A DNA stretch of 64,000 nucleotides, taken from NCBI GenBank assembly GCA_001687465.1, contig LVLI01000316.1, positions 1 to 64,000 of the forward strand, read 5' to 3'. The notes under the pieces were generated by a model that had not been told where the DNA came from, made no database searches, and saw only the letters and a program-made list of their open reading frames with translations. The DNA comes from Halocafeteria seosinensis. Lineage: Eukaryota. The translations under genes and the position numbers were made by a program. Below, one piece after another: positions 11,558 to 23,052 of the stretch (within the stretch, counting starts at the first letter, position 1; each line of letters opens with the position of its first letter).

Positions 11558-12000
11558 TCAATTACCCTTCGTCCTCGCGTTTCTTTGTGGCCTCTGTGCA
11601 GGTACAACTATCGTACGACGTGTCGCGCAAAACGGTTCGGGAGAGGGTGCCGATCTGGAGGCAACGCCAGCACTTTGCAATAGGGTAGGTGAAGAGCTAC
11701 TCGAATAAGCGGTATTTTGGAGACCAGAGGGCGAATTTGTCGGAGACAGTGTGGAGATTTCAGTCGTCGGCAGCGTCGGTGTACAAGTGGCAGAAGGGAT
11801 TGCACTGGAAGTTAGGGAAGTAGTCGGCGTTATTGCGGACGTACTCGAAATTTCCTCTGGTATGTAGCATTGGTGGAAGGAGAGGGTACTGTTTCGGTAG
11901 GAGATGTCCATGTGGATGTCGAGTGAGAAGACGTACTGGACTCAGAGACGACGAGCCGCTCCGAGAGGTACTGGCGCTTGCATGTTTCACTTTTAGCCTA
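11558..12000 (-). pseudogene. Decayed Ser/Thr-stalk protein remnant
   Basis: Frameshifted S/T/P-rich frames ending in VVPAQRPQRNARTKGN. Confidence 0.45.
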
Positions 12001-12539
12001 CGTCGATTTGGATTTCGCACTTTTCAGGACATATGACATGACATGCATACGCTTGCAATGACATGTTTTGCTTCGTTGAAATAAACGATACCATACAGAA
12101 GCTTGGGTTGAACTGGTGGGACAAAACATGCGCCTGAGTCCGGCCCAATGTGCAACGCTCGGATGTCCGATCAGTCGCAAGCAACAATGAGTCTGACACT
12201 GATCTGATATAGGTTGGGTTAAGAGTAGCTTATGAGTCGCTCGCGGCTCGAGGTGGGTACTGATCCTCCCGAAGATATCTAGTATACACTTCTACCTCGT
12301 GTTAGTTGTGTATTGAACTGTTTTCATTACGTGTGTTGTCCTGTTGTACGCCATAGCACAGCTGTAGCAGCTTGCTGTGGCAGGGAGTGCGTCGTGGAGG
12401 ATTGCTTGGGCTGTAGATTATCGGGCACTCGTTGTCAGCAGACAACATCTGTCTCTATGGGCGGCATTGTTTCTACGGTTTTAACAGTCACCTTGTTGCC
12501 AAGAATAAGCTCTTAAGCAGATGTCTCATTTTCAAATTC

Positions 12540-15000
12540 TCATCCGGCAGTGTGAGCTAATTGCACTCGCTCCGCAGCAGTTGTTCGTGCCTCATTCTTT
12601 TGACACAACCTCTTAATTCGGCTTAAGATCGGCCCTTCCCGCAGTGTGCCACAGAGACTTACGAATAGATTGTTCAGTATAGATCCGTCGACAATTGGAT
12701 TTCGTGATAAATCTACCTCAGTCAAGCTCGTATTCACTTCTAATGCATCTGCCAAGTGCTGAGCGCCACGATCGTATATTCGATTTCCCTGGAAGGATAT
12801 GAAGGTTAGGGTCGTATTCGCTCGCAAGGCAGTTGCAAAGGACTCGGCAGTTTGGTCACCCATTAAGTTCCCGCGTAAACGGATACTTCTTAGACCCTTA
12901 TTCACTTTCAATGCATCGGCCAAATACTTGCCACCTTGATCACATATATCGTTTGCAGAGAAATTAAGCTTCTGCAAACTCGAATTTACCCGTAGCGCTT
13001 CCGAAATATTCCGAACACCATCAGTAGACATTTGGGTTTTCGACAACGAGAGATGGGTCAGTGTTGTATTGACTCTCAGCACATCTGATATATACTCTGC
13101 GCCTTTATCCCCCAATTGATTTGCATACAAACAAACTCGAGTGATACCGGTGTTCTCCTTCAGTGCCTTCGCCAAATAATGGGCACCCTTGTTGCTCATT
13201 TGACTCGACTCCAAATAGAGCTGACGGAAATTAGCATTCTCCTTGGCTTTTAGTACATCCGACAAATAATCAATTCCCCAGTCAGTGACTTCACTGTCGC
13301 GCAACGCAAGCTTTGTCAGGAACGTATTGTGTCTTAGTGCCTCGGCTATTTGATACACGCAATGGTCTCCTACGTTATGAAAGGATGCTTCTCGGTAGTA
13401 GGAATCATTGCTCCGGATACGCTGGATTCTACATTGTATATCCTGCGAAGCAGGGTGAGGGAACTAGGACTGTATGTAAAGCGATATTGAAAGTGCGAAT
13501 TAAGGAACTATCTTACCTGGTTCCTCTTGCATAGCTCCAGTAGGTTCTTAGAATGATACATGCTGCTTATGCTGTTATTACGTAAAACCAGTCTTTGTAG
13601 GCGCGTATTCACCTGAAGTGCATCCGCTAAATACACGGCACCGGAGCCTCCTATTTCGTTGTCACTCAAGTTAACTTGTGTCACAGTTGTATTTACTTTA
13701 AGCGCCTCTGCTAACTTTTTCATTTCATACTCAGGAATGCCCCCCAAAACGGCGGCAAACATACTGCACATGCTTGATAAAGATTTACTACCGATTTGGT
13801 TCCCGGACAAATCTATTCTTGTTAGACTCCTATTCGCTTCGAGTGCTTCTGCCAAGCTTTGAACACCCGCATCCTTTATTCGATTCCTCCGGAAGTCTAC
13901 CATCTGTAGGGTCGCGTTCACTTTCAATGCTCCTGCAAACGACGTTGCCGCTTGGTTACCAAAATTATTCGAGGTTAAAGCTATTGTGCGCAGGCACTTA
14001 TTTTCTTTCAGTGCATCTGCCAAGTACTGACCGCACTTATCACATAATCTGCTGGCAGATAAATCGAGTTGCCGCACACTTGTATTTACTCGTAGTGCGT
14101 CTGCCAAAAACCTAACAACTTTCCTACATAGAAAAGTTTCCGACAAGGTGAAATGAGTCAGCGCCGTATTGGCTCTCAGCGTGTCTGCCACGTGCTGGAA
14201 ACCCTTGGCCTCCACTTTATTTGCATACAAACAGACTTTAGTAAGACTGTTGATTTTCAGAGCCTCACCCAAATACTCGATTCCCTGATTAGTGAGGCCA
14301 CTATCTCGCAGTTCGAGACTTTCTAGGTAAGAATTTTCTCTAAGTGCTTCAACGAGTTGACACATGCCATTGTCCCCGAGGTAGTGAAAGCTTGCTTCTG
14401 TGTACGAGGAATCATCGTCTAGGATACGCTGAATCCTGTTTTGTATATCCTGTGCTTACGGGTGAATAGTTGTGCAGCTCACATTGAGCTTCAGCCGAAG
14501 TCGTTAAGCTGAGAAAACACCCTTACCTGATTTCTCTCGCATAACTCGCGTGCTCTGTTAAGCGTAGTGTTGTCGGTTATTTTGAAATTCCACAAATTGA
14601 GCACTTCGAGATTTACGTTCTCACTTAGAGCATCCACCAGAGCTTGAGCTGCCCAATTCGTCATGAGGTTGTCATTCAGGTTAAGCTCAGACAACCCATA
14701 ATTAGCTCGCAGAGCGTCGGCCAAATAGTGCGCGCCCCAACTACCAATTTTGTTCTGATCCAAATGGAGTACCTTCAAGGTTTTGTTCTTTTTTAGTGCA
14801 TCTGCTAAATACTGTGCGCCGTAAGTACCTATCTTATTATCGCCCAAGTTAAGTGTCGTCAAATTCGTGTTTTCTTCAAGTGCCTCCGCAAGCTGTTCAA
14901 CATCATCGTCGTCAACGTTACATGAATAGAAATTCGCTTCTTGAAGATGCTGGCTATTACTTTTGATCCTTGTTATCTCTTTCTGTTTAGCCGTAGGCAT
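12540..15000 (-). CDS. RNI/NLRC3-like leucine-rich repeat protein, 3 exons (15000-14527, 14449-13517, 13442-12540), ~769 aa
   Basis: 28-aa repeats LxxALxxNxxLxxLxLxxNxIGxxGAxx. GT-AG phase-0 introns of 77 and 74 nt join the three ORFs in frame. Confidence 0.9.
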
Positions 15001-15060
15001 CTTTGCTGCAGAAAACAGTTTCCAAAGGCAAACGAGAGGATTCTTTCTTCACCGGTAGAG

Positions 15061-15411
15061 CCGGTTCCGGTGGAAGGTATACTCGCTAGTAGATGCGCGA
15101 AAGGCAAGGTGAGCAAAACGTTTAGAAAATCGCAGAATGTCGAGGGTTAACAATCCAAACCTTTATTAAAATATGCCCGAAGAAGTTCAGGAGAAGCGTG
15201 CACTGCAGTCTGCAGTGGCAGTGCAGTCCATGCTGTGTGAATGTCGCCGAGAATTTTCTGTTCCCGGCAACATTTCGCGTTATGCCAATACAGTACAACG
15301 TACCTTGCAAATATCAAGGAATAACGCGTTATTTTAGTTCGCATGAAGCCTGGTGAAAGATGAATCTTACTGTAGCGTCCTATACCGCGTATATCTCCGG
15401 GGCTCAGTAAG
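15061..15411 (+). repeat. Direct repeat copy 1 (351 bp), upstream of the LRR gene
   Basis: Near-identical to 17285-17624 (CCGGTTCCGGTGGAAGG...GGCTCAGTAAG), with scattered substitutions and one 11-bp indel. Confidence 0.95.
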
Positions 15412-15701
15412 CGCCTTGGGGGGGCCCCGGGGGGGGGTTATCATAAATGGTGGTTATAGAATTTAATGATTATGTAGATTTCAAGGTAGAGCAGACAATA
15501 CTGATTTTGACGGTGATGTTGAAATTTGTTTTGAATGTATCAATACTTTCATTTGAGCCGCCTTAATCATCCGTGCTGTGGAGCCTCAGTGGAGGGTAAA
15601 ACGTCAATCATACCAGTCATATACCAGTCACTGTTTCAAGAAAGAGAAGTGGTGTTTTTGATATTTTCTCCACTTCAACGTATAAAAAGAATTTTGCCCG
15701 A

Positions 15702-17021
15702 TCATTGGCCTGCCTCGATCTCCCAGTTCTCCTTTTGAGGATGAACCGTCCAGTTCTTCGACTGTTTCAATTCCTCCTTGCACACATGCTCGAAGTCATA
15801 ATAAGTCTGATTTCGAAATATGTACCTCATGTAGTCCTCCACGTATTTGCTTTCAAAGCTCAAGCACCCGTCCAAATCTGTAGTGAACAGGTTTCCTGCA
15901 TCGCAAAAGTCTTGAATGGCGTAAGTACCGTAACCATATTCTGCCAAAAGAGGAACCAAGTCCCTTTTCTCTAAACATTCCAAGGAGCTACGCATTGACA
16001 AAGAATGGTTCACCAGCGCATGTGCAACACTATCAAAGCATTTCGCTCCCTCCTTTCCCCGCATTGACTCGATATGTGCTGTCGCCTCTTCGTATGCTTT
16101 ACTCGCAACTCTCCTCATCTCTTCCTGAACCCTATATAATTCCTGCTTGGAAACAGACGAAACAGGCGCGTAGTCCTCAAGGTCACCAGGCTTACTTCCA
16201 ATGACATGCCAGATCCAACACCTTAACTCTGGATCTTCTATCCTTTTATCTTTCAACAGGTATTCGTTCGCTTCGTTTCGTTCAAGATTACCAAATATCA
16301 CCTTGGTTGCGTAGATGTGGTCTGACACCTTCCTGATCTTGTGTATTCCTTCACCGGGGGAAGTGATAAGAATCACTTGAAATTGAGATCTCTTTTCTCG
16401 GCGTGCTGTGCGCCCAAACAGGACCCATGTTTTCACTTCATCCTGAGGTGCGAAGTCAATATCATCGACGACAACCAACGGGGAAGATCCAAGTGTGGCG
16501 TATGCTGTCGCCAGTGCCCTTTCGAGTCCGGCTTTCATACCCATTTCCAGTCTGGCAGGAATGTCGACCTCGTATTTGAACCGTCTAAAGCATTTCGAGA
16601 AAGACATCCAAGTGTCTACGTATCTATAGCTTAGGTACAAAACAGGCTTCCCTTCCGATGACAGTTCTTCTAAATATTTCTTTGCCGTGGTCGTCTTGCC
16701 CGTACCCTTGGGGCCATACCAAACTTGGAATGGTTTGGATTCCAGTGAAGAGAGAGGTTTGGACCGGTTGACAAAATAATGTCCCTGTAAGTCCAGTAGG
16801 TTAGTCTTCGGCTCCTTCAGCAATTGAACCAGCTTCTGGTCGGGGGAGAGTCGATAATATGGAAGGAAGGGTTCAATTAGTTCAATCCAGTACGCGCCAG
16901 CATGCTTTGAAAGTCGCTCCTCCCAGTTGTACGAGAGAGAGCCCGTGCCAACACCGATCGTGAGAATGGCTCCAATGCCAAAGTACACAGCACATACAAA
17001 GGCTACGTAATGCGTGGTCAT
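15702..17021 (-). CDS. Membrane-anchored P-loop NTPase (ATPase_2/STAND-like), intronless, ~439 aa
   Basis: N-terminal hydrophobic helix (YVAFVCAVYFGIGAILTIGV), Walker A GPKGTGKT, Walker B LVVVDDID, sensor-like VILITS, and downstream GSKPGDL (GxP-like). First in-frame ATG at 17021. Confidence 0.8.
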   Translation of the reverse strand: MTTHYVAFVCAVYFGIGAILTIGVGTGSLSYNWEERLSKHAGAYWIELIEPFLPYYRLSPDQKLVQLLKEPKTNLLDLQGHYFVNRSKPLSSLESKPFQVWYGPKGTGKTTTAKKYLEELSSEGKPVLYLSYRYVDTWMSFSKCFRRFKYEVDIPARLEMGMKAGLERALATAYATLGSSPLVVVDDIDFAPQDEVKTWVLFGRTARREKRSQFQVILITSPGEGIHKIRKVSDHIYATKVIFGNLERNEANEYLLKDKRIEDPELRCWIWHVIGSKPGDLEDYAPVSSVSKQELYRVQEEMRRVASKAYEEATAHIESMRGKEGAKCFDSVAHALVNHSLSMRSSLECLEKRDLVPLLAEYGYGTYAIQDFCDAGNLFTTDLDGCLSFESKYVEDYMRYIFRNQTYYDFEHVCKEELKQSKNWTVHPQKENWEIEAGQ

Positions 17022-17284
17022 TATACCAAGTGAAAGATACCACGTGAAAACCTCACAGACAAATTGACGTGCCCACTTGCTGTTCTGGCATTGGCACTCT
17101 CCTACAGTGAGAGTTCCTCCGTTCTCCCGGCATCTCAGTGTTCTGAAGAAAACCCCAAACCAAACCAATACATCGAAAACTATAGTATAGCCATGTACAC
17201 AAAGCTTTCATAAAGCGAGTTTTCAATCTTCAATCATACCAGTCAAGCCCTAACTTCAACCATACCAGTCATAAGGGGTATACA

Positions 17285-17624
17285 CCGGTTCCGGTGGAAG
17301 GTATACTCGCTAGTAGATGCGCGAAAGGCAAGGTGGGCGAAACGTTTAGAAAATCGCAGAATGTCGAGAGTTAACAATCCAGACCTTTATTAAAATATGC
17401 CCGAAGAAGTTCAGGAGAAGCGTGCACTGCAGTCTGCAGTCCTTGCTGTGTGAATGTCGCCGAGAATTTTCTGTGCCCGGCAACATTTCGCGTTATGCCA
17501 ATACAGTACAACGTACCTTGCAAATATCAAGGAATAACGCACTATTTTCGTTGGCATGAAGCCTGGTGAAAGATGGATCTTACTGTAGCGTCCTATACCG
17601 CGTATATCTCCGGGGCTCAGTAAG
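17285..17624 (+). repeat. Direct repeat copy 2 (340 bp), upstream of the ATPase gene
   Basis: Matches 15061-15411. Confidence 0.95.
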
Positions 17625-18127
17625 GGACCTCGAGTCAGCTGTACACGGTCTCGTTTCACGAACCTAGAACATTGACAATCTTATGGCAGGATTTATCCCG
17701 AATGGCCGAAGCGCCAGAATCGTGATGCATGGGGTTCTGTCGCATTGGCAGATTGGGCGTTGCAGCACCCAAGCAATACCATGCAACACGAGCAAAGGGC
17801 AAGTTCTCATCGAATTCGTCCCTGTTGGTCGAGTGCTTAGACGCTTTCCTTGCCCTCCTTGACAGTGTACTCTTTACTTTACAGTTGTTGGGTACTAAAT
17901 AAAGCATTTAACTGAACTGAAAATGTTTTTGGGTTAGTATTCTTGAGCATTGGACCAACTATCCCCTCAGAGCTGAGCCTCCACCGGAGTTCCCACTCAG
18001 ATGGCTTGAACAACTGACAGCTGACAAGTGGCTTGCGTCACTCACTAGTAGAGCTCATTCAGTAAGTTCAGTACCTTAGAAAAATCTCCACAAATCAAAA
18101 TTTGCCACGTTGCTTTCCCGGGTTTCT

Positions 18128-19234
18128 CTATTGCGCGTTGTTTTGAGTTCGTCTATAGCGGACGCTTCGCCGTGCTATCTGAATAGGCCAGTGCGCTGGA
18201 CATGAACTAGTTGACACTCTACTTCGCGTCCGTGAGGGCGATGCGCTGGGCCTTCCCGCTCCATTGAAACTTGTGGTTGCATTCCTCCGTGTTTTTGTAG
18301 TCGCATGTTCAGTTGTGGAGGACGGTACGTGAGCAGTTTCCGAGCTTCTATTACACACGTCGGACGGTGTTCTGCTGATACACGCTTTCTCTGTACTTTT
18401 CAGAGTGCTTGTGGTTTTGGTAGAGTCACTCATTGTGGGAACTATGGAGTTCATACTGCTGGGAGTACTGCTCGGAGTAGAACTCGATGCTGCTCGCTGA
18501 GTCCTAACCCACCGGCTATCCACCAGCTGTTTCTCCGTTAAACCCTCAGAGGACGCTGCCGCATCAATACACCTCCATGAAAGCTTAAGTTTGCTATGAG
18601 TGGGGCCTTGCAAATATTTGACCTGACGAGTGTGGAAACGTAGTTTGAATGACCACTGGAGAAACGATTACCCACGTATAGTGTCGACGTACCAGGATGG
18701 GACGTGTCCCTTCACTAAGCACTGTGTTCTCTTCGTTCGACACAAGCCCACTAATACCATCGTTGTTAATCAACTGTAATGGAGTGTTTAACAAATTTCT
18801 GTGGAATGCCTACCATTCTGAAAGCCAGGTCGACCACCGAGACTTACGAGCACATCGTCGATGAACAACAGACTTGAGTCATCGGATTCCAAATAAAATG
18901 TGTAACATCCTTGTTTTGGGACTTCTAAAAAACCTTCGAATCGGGCATAAAAGTCCTCATATACCTTATCACCGTTTTCGTCCGTCGGTGCTGCCGGCCA
19001 GTACGTGTCTGTGTCGTTGCCCGGAGTCGTATGGAGATCAAGCTCTTGGTACACGGCGGTCGAGCAACTTTTTTCGATAATATGGTCTTCTGCTTCCACT
19101 ATTGTCTTCCAGTGGTCACCATCGTCCAAACCGTCCCTGCTTGTGCGATAAAGTGTAGCGTGCCAGCCCCGGTCGCCTTGCACGGCAACTGCCAAGCAGC
19201 CCATCAACATGATTTCACGCACAAAGGATGACAT
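18128..19234 (-). CDS. Secreted PA14-domain protein with Ser/Thr tail, 3 exons (19234-18848, 18773-18693, 18622-18128)
   Basis: Signal peptide, then FYARFEGFLEVPKQGCYTFYLESDDSSLLFIDDVL|LINNDG...RPIL|VKYLQG...LKLSW. Two phase-0 GT-AG introns restore a complete PA14 pattern. Confidence 0.8.
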
Positions 19235-19439
19235 CGCGTGGATTGACCACAGGAGAAAGACATTTCGACATTGTATGAAGTAAGGGCATGAAATCACAGA
19301 CAATCATGCAGCAATGATCGACTATCACACATTGTAGAACACCAATTCGATGTTTCCTCACACCATTGTGACACCAACCACTCGGCCTAGTTGATCGACA
19401 GCCAAATACTAAAATACTGAGAAGACGTTATTCCGGCAT

Positions 19440-19570
19440 AGTTAGTTACCAAGAGAAATCCATCGCATTCATACTCTCCAAATGCCAAAGTGAAGCTTTC
19501 TCGCGGATGTTGAGATGAGGTACTCCTGGAAAATGGATTCGCAACTTGAGGAAGCCGACAGCGATCTTTC
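19440..19570 (-). pseudogene. Fragmentary duplicate of the neighbouring LRR gene
   Basis: KLRIHFPGVPHLNIREKASLWHLESMNAMDFSW* matches KLRIQ...FSGIAHLNIRENASFQHLENMNAIDVSWQ. Confidence 0.7.
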
Positions 19571-20168
19571 TTGAAAGTAACAGTGATGGTGCCCGCACCA
19601 ACGAAGGGAATAAAAGCGCCATAACGACATCGAAATTGCTTTGTAGAAAGGAGTTCCTAAGCGAAGACTCCATGACAATTGTTGCCGAAGTTTTCTTCAC
19701 TGTGCCTGGGCTTCTTGCGTACCACCTTCATTCGACTGCGGAAGTGTTGGGTACGGCATCGTATTAGGAACACGTCCACTATATAGTCTCCATCTGCAGG
19801 TACATTCTACAGCTTGACAAATTCACGCATGCACTAAGTTTATCGAGAAGGGATTGCCTTTCGTGTTCCTACAATAATCATTCAGTTTGTGACTTCGTGC
19901 AGGTGGATGTACATTTGCGACGAAGGGATTAAGTTGAGATAAGTGATTTGTACATGGCGAAAAATTGTTATTTTCACAAAATGCATTCCCTGGCTTATGT
20001 ATCGTGTGGTCTATTGTAGTCCGGCAATCAAGCGAAATTAGTTGGCCCGCATACCTGAGCATTATCGAAGTCTATATAGCTCCAGGGACCTTGAAAAGAT
20101 CCAGGAGTGATGAGCATGCTGCATCAAGTATCGAACCAAGCTTGGTAAGTGCTTTAAAACGTTCTCAT

Positions 20169-21515
20169 TTAAGGTCCTTTGATGAGGGAAGTTAACTTCG
20201 GTAAACTCTGAAAAGCTTTATCGGTTACCGTGGACTCATTACATCCTTTTATGTTTAGCGACTTTAAGTGCGGCATGTTCTTGAAGGCACCATCAGTAAT
20301 TGTGGATTGCCCACAATTAGCCAAATTAAGCGATGTTAATGTCGATAAGTGCCGAAAGGCATCGTCTGTAATCGTTGACTGAGTACAGCCGACCATGCAT
20401 AGGTCCTCTAAACGTATTAAATTTACGAAAGCCTGGGACGTGATCGTTGACTGAGTACATCCGCTTATGCTTAACGAAAGCAAGTTAGACAGATGACTGA
20501 AAGCATCATCGTCGATAGTAGGCTGATCACAGAAGCCAACGTTAAGGTACGCTAGGTTTACAAGATGTCTAAAAGCTTCCCTTGTTATGCTTTGTTGTCT
20601 GCAGTAAGCCATATCCAGAAAGCTAAGATTCGATAAATGCTGGAATGCATCATTCGTTATGGCTCCTTGGTTGCAAAATCGCATTTTCAATGACCTTAAA
20701 TTTTGTAAATGTCTGAACGCCTCATCGGTGATGGTCAGATGGTTGCAATGGGAAATGTTGCACGACTGTAGACGTGACAAATGCATGAATGCCTCGTCGG
20801 TAATAGTACGCTGGTCACATTGGTGCATATCTAGCCATGTCAAGTTCGACAGGTACTGGAAGTCATCATCTCCAACGATACCGTCTTCGCACCATGACAT
20901 GTCAACCGATTTGAAATGCGAGACCTGCTCGAAGACCTTATTCTGGTGCAGTTGCCACGATACATCTATCGCATTCATATTCTCCAAGTGTTGAAATGAA
21001 GCGTTCTCTCGGATATTGAGATGAGCGATTCCTGAAAAACGAGGGTATCGAGCGAGATCGGCTCTCGACTGAATTCGCAACTTGTAGCGAGGCCAGCGAA
21101 ACTTTGACCACCAATTGTCATGGAGCCTTTGCTTGGATGCTCTCTTGGTAGTATCAGCTTCGTCGTCTTGTGGTATCAATACTTCTTCCCAGTATGCCAC
21201 CATGTCTTCCACGCCCCATTTAGCCATTGTCGAGCACGATCTCGAGGGAGGTGGTCTTTCCGTGTACCACCGCAAGTACTCTTCTAGTATCCATAGAGAC
21301 TGCTTCCCGGGGAAAATTTCACCATTCGAACCATCATTCATCGTATCTGTAGCACAGTTCCTGTGCTGACGTGGCACTGACTCGCCGACGAAAGGAGGGA
21401 CGCTGGGATCCGTATTTTTTCGAGCAGCCAAAATGCTTTTAATCCTTTCGTTTTGCGCACGCGAAAACGTACCACCGGTACAATACAATACCCGACAATC
21501 TTGCCAAATCGACAA
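20169..21515 (-). CDS. Cysteine-containing leucine-rich repeat protein (25-aa repeats); start uncertain
   Basis: About 9 repeats of LSNLxxLxMxxCxQxTITDxAFxH. The ORF-track start is not ATG; the first in-frame ATG is at MNDGSNG. Confidence 0.8.
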   Translation of the reverse strand: MSIWQDCRVLYCTGGTFSRAQNERIKSILAARKNTDPSVPPFVGESVPRQHRNCATDTMNDGSNGEIFPGKQSLWILEEYLRWYTERPPPSRSCSTMAKWGVEDMVAYWEEVLIPQDDEADTTKRASKQRLHDNWWSKFRWPRYKLRIQSRADLARYPRFSGIAHLNIRENASFQHLENMNAIDVSWQLHQNKVFEQVSHFKSVDMSWCEDGIVGDDDFQYLSNLTWLDMHQCDQRTITDEAFMHLSRLQSCNISHCNHLTITDEAFRHLQNLRSLKMRFCNQGAITNDAFQHLSNLSFLDMAYCRQQSITREAFRHLVNLAYLNVGFCDQPTIDDDAFSHLSNLLSLSISGCTQSTITSQAFVNLIRLEDLCMVGCTQSTITDDAFRHLSTLTSLNLANCGQSTITDGAFKNMPHLKSLNIKGCNESTVTDKAFQSLPKLTSLIKGP

Positions 21516-22462
21516 ATGCTTGGGTGAAGGAAGGGAACACCACCTTCACAAAGCTGGATGCAAAGCCGGAACCTAAGTCTATAGCTCCAATGCTTCGATT
21601 ATGTAAGAACTCACTCAAATAGGACTTCGTATAAACTTTGAGGTCTCACTCCGTTCGATACGCTTCCTTTTTGTGTTGTTTTCGGTTAAGTTTTGCAGCA
21701 TGTTGCTTTCTCTTCCGGAGCCATTTTCTCCGGGACTTATGTTCAAAGGCTTTACATCCCCACGTTTTATAATTGGGGCAATGGTCCTTGTCCGAAACAT
21801 AATCCTTATAGAGTCCGTAATTCATACCGCCACTCCTGGGTGTGCCATCTCGGCGGTGAAAGGTACCATTGTGGGGAGATGGTACGTACTTCCGTAGCGT
21901 ATGTGAGGTGGTACGTTTGTTCATATTCGCTACCACTACCTACACCAAATAAATACCGACACGAAATTGCTAGTGGTAGACCAGCAAAAAGTTGTCCAAT
22001 CACAGTCTTTCCCATTGAAATTCCCAAGCGTGTCGGCAAGCGTTGAAGCGAGTTTCAGCCTGTGAAGACTGAAGAATATTCACTTCTGACGGTATGACTC
22101 GAGAAGAAGAAGAGGATACATGTAAGATCGAGAACCATGGGTGTCACTTATTTTGGAGAGAATGGAAGTTGTCGCTGCATTTACTACCGAGCGCAGCACC
22201 CTGGAATCCTAGGGCCTGGAATCGTCCCTGACAAACTTTATCGCTCCACACCAATGTGCTTGGACGAACTTTCCTCTGATATGTGGAAGAACCCATGAGC
22301 ATGAGTTCTCCAAGAGTCCAGGAAATGCTCTTGATACTATACGCTCTTTCTCTTCTTGAGAACCGCGCCTTGAGCACTACTGACTCTGATTCCTATCAAA
22401 CACGCAGCTGCAGTGTCCCCAATGTCCCCCGCGTTTTTCATGCTAAGCAATTGGTGCTCAGT

Positions 22463-22970
22463 TCAGCGATTATCTTCTTTGACTTCATTCTCTACGCGTT
22501 CGCGCACTAGTTCGGCAATGGCCGTCTGAGTTTGCTTCTCCATTCTATCCAATTTAGGCTTTATCTCTCGTTTGAGATCCCAGTTTTCTTTCTTTGGGGC
22601 AATCGTAATGTTAGGGTCATCCTCCTGTACACAAGTCATTACCTTCTGTACCACTCGGGGGTACTAATAACAATGACCAAAGTAGACTCACTTTATCGCC
22701 TCCGGCACCTTCGAGGGCATCCCCTTGGTATTGCGCTTGTCCTTGGAAGAAGTCAGCATTGGCGGCTGCCGCTTTCTGGTTTCCCGAAGCTTTCAGGTGC
22801 TCCTGTTGATGCTGCTGTTGGACACGATGCTGATCCTGTTGGGTGATCTCTTTCTGTACTTCTCGGGAAGGTGCTTCTCGAGATTGAGCTGTATATGTGG
22901 AGAGATCATCGTGTTTGGGTTGATAATTGCGAAAGCGCAGTTTGGGCGCCCCTCCTTCCTGTTGCGCCAT
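22463..22970 (-). CDS. CCDC12: Splicing factor Cwf18/CCDC12, 2 exons (22970-22692, 22624-22463)
   Basis: LRFRNYQP and IAPKKENWDLKREIKPKLDRMEKQTQTAIAELVRER motifs; GT-AG intron. Confidence 0.9.
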
Positions 22971-23052
22971 TTCCTTGTTATCTGATTTGATTGATTGATA
23001 CAGAGTCTTAACAAGTTTAATTCAGCTCTTTTCCAACAAGACACGTGAAATA

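Noticed and set aside
15061..17624. LTR retrotransposon
   Set aside because: The repeats lack TG..CA ends, a PBS and a TSD, and the interior has no gag/pol.
21615..22377. Short ORFs on both strands
   Set aside because: No recognisable motifs or consistent exon structure.
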